From contig CAWVXU010000062.1 in NCBI GenBank assembly GCA_963934255.1, positions 1-15,315 on the forward strand: a stretch of 15,315 bases of DNA, in the 5' to 3' direction. The position numbers were made by a program, and so were the translations under genes. The notes under the pieces were generated by a model, which was not told the DNA's origin, did not search any database, and saw only the letters and a program-made list of their open reading frames with translations. Position 1 is the stretch's first letter. Every line of letters begins with the position of its first letter. The stretch comes from an uncultured Fibrobacterales bacterium (GTDB taxonomy: Bacteria > Fibrobacterota > Fibrobacteria > Fibrobacterales > CAWVXU01). Positions 9,127 to 15,315 of the stretch are shown piece by piece.

Positions 9127-9919
9127 AACATTCATAATTGCTATGAACACATTTAAAGAATCTATACGCGATAAAATACTTTATAATCTGGGAGCCATGG
9201 CTCTGGTACTGGTTGTTTTTTCTATTGTACTTGGTGATTGGTCTGTTTTTGATCGGGAACATGTAGTTAAAAGCTTTAGCCTATCAGTACTCGCTTTTTC
9301 AGGTGTTTTACTTGCTATTTTTGTGGGAATTGGACTCGTACAAAAAGAAATCCAAAAGAAGACCGTTCTTACGCTTTTAGCAAAACCGTTGAGTCGTAGT
9401 CATTTTATTTTAGGCAAGTTCTTTGGACTTTCAATGATACTTACAATTCACTTTTTAATTACTTCGAGCGTCTTGTTTTTCATTCTCTGGGTAGGGGATG
9501 CTAATCCTGATCTAGCATTGCTGCAGGCGATCGTATTGCTTTGGGTCGAATTACTCATTATCATCGCCGTAGCAATCCTTTTCTCAACATTCACTACGCC
9601 AACTTTAGCAGCTCTTTTTACTTTCGGTGTTTATCTTGCTGGTAATCTAAGTGGTGAAATACTCAAACAAGTCGAAGGCATGCTCAATCGTGGAGAAATA
9701 GCTCAAGATGGATTAACAGGAGTACTCTACATATGGATATCCAAAATAATTTATTTTGTTTTCCCTAATCTTGAACAATACAATATCACAGGTGCGATTC
9801 TTCACGGTGGTATGATTGATTCGTTTATTTTCTTCAAGCTTATTGGGTTTGCCATAGCCTATATTGTTGCCTTTTTAAGTATTTCTATATGGTGGTTTGA
9901 TCGAAAAGACTTTATCTAA
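9119..9919 (+). CDS. ABC-2 transporter permease (resembles Myxococcus PilI)
   Basis: About 6 TM segments; family motifs IAMNTFKESIRDK and EIQKKTVLTLLAKPLSRSHFILGKF, C-terminal FDRKDF. Start moved from TTG 9110 to ATG 9119, which has SD GGGAG at 9104-9108 and an 8-nt overlap with the ATPase stop. Confidence 0.88.
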   Translation: MAKTFIIAMNTFKESIRDKILYNLGAMALVLVVFSIVLGDWSVFDREHVVKSFSLSVLAFSGVLLAIFVGIGLVQKEIQKKTVLTLLAKPLSRSHFILGKFFGLSMILTIHFLITSSVLFFILWVGDANPDLALLQAIVLLWVELLIIIAVAILFSTFTTPTLAALFTFGVYLAGNLSGEILKQVEGMLNRGEIAQDGLTGVLYIWISKIIYFVFPNLEQYNITGAILHGGMIDSFIFFKLIGFAIAYIVAFLSISIWWFDRKDFI

Positions 9920-9935
9920 ACGAAGAAAATTGGTT

Positions 9936-9964
9936 TAGATATTTAATCTTTAAATGAGTATACT
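9936..9964 (+). promoter_or_regulatory. Candidate sigma70 promoter upstream of the pilT pair
   Basis: TAGATA (9936-9941), a 17-bp spacer, then TATACT (9959-9964), in the 70-bp gap before the long pilT gene. Confidence 0.4.
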
Positions 9965-9989
9965 AGTAACATAGGAACCAAAGAACTTT

Positions 9990-11795
9990 ATGAATAACGT
10001 ACTCTTAGCTAAAGTCATATTTACAAATAAGCTCGCTACTAAAGAGCAAATTCAGCAAGTCTGGCCTGAAATTTCTCCTGACCTAGATATTGCTCAAGCC
10101 TTAATTCGTGATGGAGTAATTCGTGTTAAGCATTACCAGCAGCTTGTCAATTACGTTAACAAACTCGCTAGTGACCCCAAGTATTCACAAACCGAAGCAC
10201 CTGCGCATAGTCCTGTTGATAATAAATCTGCGAGCGATCATATTGAGAATCTAGCCTCTAAAGATGCGCCAGAGGCCCAAAAGCCTAATAAGCCTAAAAG
10301 TACCCTTCAAACAAATTCAGTTAAACAAGTAAATACTCAATTAGAGAATGAAGTTATTAAACAAGTTTCAAATCAAAATACAGATTCTCATTCCCATTCT
10401 ATCAAAACTGTCAATGCTCTTGCTTCAAACGATCTATATTATGGAAGTATTGAACTTCAAAGTCAAGTCGCTGCAAGTGAAGGATTAGTTCAAACAGCTT
10501 ACGCAGATGATTTGACTTCAAAAGTACTTTCTCATGCCTACGAAGCTGCTCAAGATCAAGGTCCGATTAATCAAGCTGGATCCTATAATAAAACTAATGA
10601 AGATGATTCTCTTAACTTATCTACGGATTCGCCTCATGAGGAGGAAGTTGAATCACTACCCTGTAATTTCCATGGACAACGCGGAGATGGGGATGTTGAC
10701 TTTGAATCCATCAATGAAGTAAACGCTGAGGGCTCACTATTCCAAATTTTAGAATACGCGCGGCGCCAAGACGCTTCAGATGTCCACTTAGTCGCCAACA
10801 CTCCTATAACGATTCGTAAATTTTCAAATCTAGTAGTCCAATCTGAACATAAAATCACTCAAAAAGAATTAGAGACAATCATATATCGCTCTATTTCTAA
10901 GGATAGTTTGTCCGATTTTTTTGAAAATGGTGACTTTGAAACTGTCATCACAATAAAGGGCGCAGGGAGATTTCGGGCTACTTATATGAGGCAACGTTCC
11001 GGCTGGGATTTTTCAGCTAGAATTATTGCCAAAGAAATAATGCCTTTTGACACTTTAGGCCTACCGCCTGCATGCGAGGGTCTTACCAAATGGGCCCAGG
11101 GTTTAGTCCTAGTCACAGGCCCTGTCGGTTGTGGCAAAACAACTTCGTTAGCCACTTTAGTTCAGATGGTTAACACTACTCGAAAAGATCATATTATTAC
11201 AGTAGAGTCACCTGTGGAACTTGTCTATCCTGAGGGCGGATGTCAAATGACCCAACGAGAAGTTGGTTTGCACACAATGAGCCCCGCCACTGCTCTCAAA
11301 GGAGCTTTACGTCAGGATCCCGATATCCTTGTGGTAAGTGAGCTTCGGGATATTGAAACAATTGAACTTGCAGTATCAGCGGCTGAAACCGGCCATTTAG
11401 TATTTGGCACGATGAATACAACTAATGCCGCTAGAACAATAACTCGCTTAGTTGACTCATTTCCTCCAGATGAACAAGATATTATCAGATCAATGATTTC
11501 AGAATCTCTTCGAGGAGTTATTTGCCAACAATTAGTTCCCTTAAAAGGTGGAACTGGAGTTGTGCCAGCATTTGAAGTCCTTTTAATAACTCCACCAGTT
11601 GCTAATCTTATTAGAAAAAATGAAATCCACCAACTTGAGTCAGCTATGATCACTGCAAAAAGGCAGGGTATGGTTCTTTTGGATGACAGTTTACAGAAAC
11701 TAATAGATGATGAATTAGTTGATGGTAAAGAATGTTACTATCGAGCCAATAACCCTAAGAACTTCGAAAAATACCTCCCTAAAGGGGAAAAATAA
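9990..11795 (+). CDS. pilT: PilT/PilU-family type IV pilus retraction ATPase with ~248-aa N-terminal extension
   Basis: Core starts near 10734: ASDVHL, GRFRAT, Walker A GPVGCGKTT, HIITVESPVE, QREVG, ALRQDPDILVVSELRD, ETGHLVFGT, and an AIRNLIRE-like PVANLIRK. Confidence 0.9.
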   Translation: MNNVLLAKVIFTNKLATKEQIQQVWPEISPDLDIAQALIRDGVIRVKHYQQLVNYVNKLASDPKYSQTEAPAHSPVDNKSASDHIENLASKDAPEAQKPNKPKSTLQTNSVKQVNTQLENEVIKQVSNQNTDSHSHSIKTVNALASNDLYYGSIELQSQVAASEGLVQTAYADDLTSKVLSHAYEAAQDQGPINQAGSYNKTNEDDSLNLSTDSPHEEEVESLPCNFHGQRGDGDVDFESINEVNAEGSLFQILEYARRQDASDVHLVANTPITIRKFSNLVVQSEHKITQKELETIIYRSISKDSLSDFFENGDFETVITIKGAGRFRATYMRQRSGWDFSARIIAKEIMPFDTLGLPPACEGLTKWAQGLVLVTGPVGCGKTTSLATLVQMVNTTRKDHIITVESPVELVYPEGGCQMTQREVGLHTMSPATALKGALRQDPDILVVSELRDIETIELAVSAAETGHLVFGTMNTTNAARTITRLVDSFPPDEQDIIRSMISESLRGVICQQLVPLKGGTGVVPAFEVLLITPPVANLIRKNEIHQLESAMITAKRQGMVLLDDSLQKLIDDELVDGKECYYRANNPKNFEKYLPKGEK

Positions 11796-12859
11796 TGCCT
11801 GCTATCGATAAATTATTTACTCAAATGTTAGAGGCTGATGGCTCGGACCTTCACCTTAAAGAAGGTCAAGTCCCTAAAATACGGCTCAACGGGGAAATAG
11901 AAGAGTTAGTTGGCCACCCCAAATTAACACATCAATTAATGAGCACTTTATTATCAGGAATATGCCCGGCTGATGTTTGGAAAAAATATGGTAAAATGGG
12001 TGATGTTGACTTTGCTTACAGTATGGGGGGTGAGAGTAGATTCCGTGCTAATTATTATCGCCATTTTGACGGATTTGGTGCCATATTTAGGATTATTCCA
12101 GTTAAAATTTTAACGCTAGAACAACTTGGTACACCTGATGTCTTTAAACGTTTTGCTGAGCTTAAGAGTGGGTTGGTCCTCGTTACCGGTCCAACAGGGT
12201 CAGGTAAATCAACTACTTTAGCTGCTATCATTGATTATATCAACAAAAATTACGCTCGCAAAATAGTTACTATTGAAGAGCCTGTAGAATTTGTTCATGT
12301 ATCTCGTCAGTGCATCATTACGCATAGAGAAGTCGGTCCTGATACGAAATCGTTTACTTCGGGACTAAGAGGTGCACTTAAAGCCGATGCTGATGTTATT
12401 CTGGTAGGTGAGATGCGCGACCCTGAAACAATTGAGCTTGCATTGACGGCTGTGGAGATGGGTATTCTAGTATTTGGTACTCTTCACACTAATTCTGCCC
12501 CCAAAACAGTCGACCGAATTATTGATGTCTTCCCAGCTAAGAAAAAACCTGCAATACGAGCAATTTTAGCCAATGCTTTACAAGGTGTTGTTTCTCAACA
12601 ATTACTCAGAAGTAAAGATGGTACACGCCGATATGCCGCCCATGAAATACTTTTGGCAACTCAAGCTTTAGGTGCGGTAATACGCCAAGGTGAGACCGTT
12701 AAATTAGCTTCTTTCATGCAAGTCAATAGAGGTATTGGAATGCAAACAATGGATGATTGTTTATGGGATATGGTTAAAGCCGAAAAAATTTCAATGGAAG
12801 AGGCACATCGAAAAGCCTCTGACAAGGATAGATTTGTAGATTCTAATGATGACTTTTAA
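11795..12859 (+). CDS. pilT: PilT/PilU-family type IV pilus retraction ATPase
   Basis: GSDLHL, SRFRANY, Walker A GPTGSGKSTTLAA, TIEEPVE, HREVG, Walker B DVILVGEMRD, LVFGTLHT, GMQTMD. TAATG-coupled to the upstream paralogue, with SD AAGGGG at 11782-11787. Confidence 0.93.
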   Translation: MPAIDKLFTQMLEADGSDLHLKEGQVPKIRLNGEIEELVGHPKLTHQLMSTLLSGICPADVWKKYGKMGDVDFAYSMGGESRFRANYYRHFDGFGAIFRIIPVKILTLEQLGTPDVFKRFAELKSGLVLVTGPTGSGKSTTLAAIIDYINKNYARKIVTIEEPVEFVHVSRQCIITHREVGPDTKSFTSGLRGALKADADVILVGEMRDPETIELALTAVEMGILVFGTLHTNSAPKTVDRIIDVFPAKKKPAIRAILANALQGVVSQQLLRSKDGTRRYAAHEILLATQALGAVIRQGETVKLASFMQVNRGIGMQTMDDCLWDMVKAEKISMEEAHRKASDKDRFVDSNDDF

Positions 12860-15302
12860 AAAATACTACTATATAATTCTTACTCTTTTTTCTTTTAATT
12901 TAGCCAATGCAATTGTCTTTTTAAACACCACCGATGCTACACAAATAACTGACGAAGAAATTTTTGAAAACAATGTCGGATTGAATCAAAAAATTCATGA
13001 ACATATTCAAAATTCATTAAAACTAAGTGAACAAGAGTTAGACGCCACAATAAACTCTAACGATAGTAATGGGAATAATGTTGAATCAGCATCTGTGCCA
13101 AATAGGCCAGGAGATGCTTTTACTAAGTCTAGCCCTATAAATAAATCTGACACCTATCCTGAAAAATATATCCTGTATTTAGGTGAAGACGTTAAATTGA
13201 TTGAGTATAACCTAGGTGTATTAAGTTCCTTAGATTCTTCCAAACTTGATATTCAAGGAATTGTAGGGAGTGGATGGGGAGCATTGGTGGGTGGGCTTTG
13301 GTCTCTTGGTTATTCAATAACCGAGATACGTAATGAGTTAAAGTTACTTACTAATTCCGCATACAATAAAAAAGAAGAATTACCTTTTAAAAACACTGGT
13401 CTTGGTTATAGAAATACCTACCATCTCAATTTTAATGGTGATGAACCTCATCCAAGTAAATATGTTCAAGTCAATCGTGAAATTGAGTTTGACTTTTACA
13501 TTAGCAAATGGTTTGATAGGAATCATTCTGATACTTATAAATTACCTGTATATATAGTCACCGGCTCTATTGAGAAACCTTACTTAAAAATTGACTCAAA
13601 TGAAATATCAACGACCCTTCGCAATAGCTTTATTGATATTAATGAATTGAGAAAGAAACACCACAAAGTTCAATTTGGAATTCAACATTTTAAACAAGAG
13701 CTAAACCCTCTACTTATAGAGTATTTTACAGAATTTAAAATAATAAAAACTGATTATATTGAAGCAATTAAGAACCAAGAACATACAGAAGAAACTACAG
13801 CACTTGAAACTTTAAAAAATTTAAACTCGGCTAAACTTGGAAATTATTCAAAAAACATTGTTTCATTACTTTTGCATTCAAACGATACCCTTGAACCTGA
13901 GGAAGAATTTGAACAAGGAAGAAATCATTTTTTAAATAGAACGATATCACTAGTAAATAAAAAAAACACTGCTTCTTTAAATACCAATTCACCAAGATCA
14001 AAACAAAAAGCCTTTTTAGCACATGAATATGTCATCTTTCTTGGTTTAGAGTTAAATGAAGTGGCATCTGTTCACAGAGCGCTTGTTCAAAGTTATTTCC
14101 CTAATGGCTCAAATAATCCGATTCCTTATGACCAATTATTAGAGAGTATACAACTCCTTAAATCTCACCCATTTTATTCAAAGGCAATTGTCAAATTTGA
14201 ATATCGAGCTGATCAAAATGGGTATGTATTATCCATAGATATTGACCCTAAAACCTTAAACCAAATTCAAATTAAAATGGCTGGCGCTTACCAAATTGGG
14301 CCCGGTGTTCTCTTGGAAACGCAACACTATTGGGTTTCTCAATTTCTTAACCAGATTCAATTAAATACATTTGTTAGCCCTATACTTCGACGCGCTAACG
14401 CGGTTTTATTTTCAGAATTTGGAAATGAGATGGAGTGGGGTATGGGTTTTGATCTTTCCTATGAACAATGGCTTTTAAATGAGAAGATTCATCATCCAGA
14501 GTTAAAATCAATTGAATTGTCTGAACTAGCCTATATTGCTAGGTATAAATTAAAGCAAGGGTTTAGCTCTAGCCACTCCATTAAGTTTGTCAACAGCAAC
14601 TTTCTCACAAAAACAAGTCAAGTCACATATAAAGATGCATTAGAGGGTGAAAATTCGTTTTTCGTATCACCTTGGATAGAGTTTAAAGGCTTAGAGGTTT
14701 TAAATAGCCTAGAATGGCATCCATTAAAGGTTGGGGTAGACTTTAGAACCGATGCTTACCAAGGATTAGGTCAATTTGAAAATCCCTTATTGGTTGAACC
14801 CCATTTTCAATTGAAATACAACTTTTTATTTTATAAGAATCTTGAATTCACCCCTATGATCCAGGCTCGTGGTTCCTATAAATACTTAAGTCTACTCAAA
14901 AAGAGATTTGAATTTAAAGAACCCGTAAGTTCCGAGTTCTATAATTCCATAGACCCTTTAATTGATACACTCTTAAACACCAAAATTGATATAGGGGAAT
15001 TGTCTTCATACACATGGGATACTCGATATTTTTCAGACCAATATATTGCAATTGAACTGCCGCTTTGGCTACACTACCAGGATATTAGCCTTGGTGTGAA
15101 TGTTTTTCACATTACTTATTATGATAACGATCCTGAATTATTTAGTAGGAAATGGCTCGCTTTCGAAACCTTAGTGAAGTATTCAACAAGCGAAATCGAA
15201 TGGGTCTTAGGTTTAGAAAACTCAAAATATGATAATTGGCGTGAGGAGTTTGATAGTTTTAGTCGTAAATGGGTATTTAGAGTGGGTATATGGTCTAATT
15301 AA
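12846..15302 (+). CDS. Secreted/outer-membrane protein with degenerate patatin domain, POTRA-like segment and probable C-terminal beta-barrel (PlpD/type Vd-like)
   Basis: Signal peptide MMTFKKYYYIILTLFSFNLANA. YNLGVLSSLDSSKLDIQGIVGSGWGALVGGLWSLGYSITEI aligns with the patatin consensus AHIGVLKALEE.GI.ID.IAGTSMGAIVGGLYAAGYS. YDQLLESIQLLKSHPFYSKAIVKF...GYVLSIDIDPK is POTRA-like. The C-terminal ~345 aa are aromatic-rich with alternating beta-strand patterns, ending WVFRVGIWSN. Confidence 0.65.
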   Translation: MMTFKKYYYIILTLFSFNLANAIVFLNTTDATQITDEEIFENNVGLNQKIHEHIQNSLKLSEQELDATINSNDSNGNNVESASVPNRPGDAFTKSSPINKSDTYPEKYILYLGEDVKLIEYNLGVLSSLDSSKLDIQGIVGSGWGALVGGLWSLGYSITEIRNELKLLTNSAYNKKEELPFKNTGLGYRNTYHLNFNGDEPHPSKYVQVNREIEFDFYISKWFDRNHSDTYKLPVYIVTGSIEKPYLKIDSNEISTTLRNSFIDINELRKKHHKVQFGIQHFKQELNPLLIEYFTEFKIIKTDYIEAIKNQEHTEETTALETLKNLNSAKLGNYSKNIVSLLLHSNDTLEPEEEFEQGRNHFLNRTISLVNKKNTASLNTNSPRSKQKAFLAHEYVIFLGLELNEVASVHRALVQSYFPNGSNNPIPYDQLLESIQLLKSHPFYSKAIVKFEYRADQNGYVLSIDIDPKTLNQIQIKMAGAYQIGPGVLLETQHYWVSQFLNQIQLNTFVSPILRRANAVLFSEFGNEMEWGMGFDLSYEQWLLNEKIHHPELKSIELSELAYIARYKLKQGFSSSHSIKFVNSNFLTKTSQVTYKDALEGENSFFVSPWIEFKGLEVLNSLEWHPLKVGVDFRTDAYQGLGQFENPLLVEPHFQLKYNFLFYKNLEFTPMIQARGSYKYLSLLKKRFEFKEPVSSEFYNSIDPLIDTLLNTKIDIGELSSYTWDTRYFSDQYIAIELPLWLHYQDISLGVNVFHITYYDNDPELFSRKWLAFETLVKYSTSEIEWVLGLENSKYDNWREEFDSFSRKWVFRVGIWSN

Positions 15303-15315
15303 GGGTTGAGATTTG

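Noticed and set aside
9930..9946. Possible sigma54 promoter (TTGG...) upstream of pilT
   Set aside because: No GC dinucleotide at the -12 position; a sigma70-like reading fits better.
9990..11795. Calling the 601-aa ATPase PilB/GspE because of its length and N-terminal domain
   Set aside because: It lacks the tetracysteine zinc motif of PilB/GspE and has PilT signatures (QREVG, AAETGHLVFGT, ANLIRK).
10534..14022. Nested ORFs 10534-10722, 10634-10858, 11312-11653 and 13831-14022
   Set aside because: Shadows of pilT and the barrel-protein gene, with no independent evidence.
1..15315. CRISPR arrays, tRNA/rRNA genes, IS elements, prophage or defence genes, intrinsic terminators
   Set aside because: No spaced direct repeats, RNA-gene signatures, transposase or integrase motifs, or GC hairpin plus U-tract were seen; the window is almost entirely coding.

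Overview
AT-rich bacterial chromosomal window with two divergent gene clusters and no mobile elements, RNA genes or CRISPR arrays. The minus strand carries a HAD-IIA hydrolase, then a sigma70-family factor lacking region 1.1, then a RelA/SpoT homologue (N-terminal part only, absent from the ORF track, coupled to the sigma gene by a TAATG overlap). A probable decayed gene sits in the ~670-bp divergent interval. The plus strand carries topoisomerase IV parE-parC, a 62-aa membrane protein, a Myxococcus PilH/PilI-like ABC transporter, two coupled PilT-family ATPases and an 818-aa secreted protein with PlpD-like (patatin-POTRA-beta-barrel) architecture. The best candidate for an undescribed system is the 3' module. 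Its two PilT paralogues have complementary losses of conserved motif residues, one carries a degenerate MshEN-like domain plus a long disordered linker, and the coupled PlpD-like protein lacks its lipase catalytic motifs. All family calls come from motif recognition by eye; no database searches were run.
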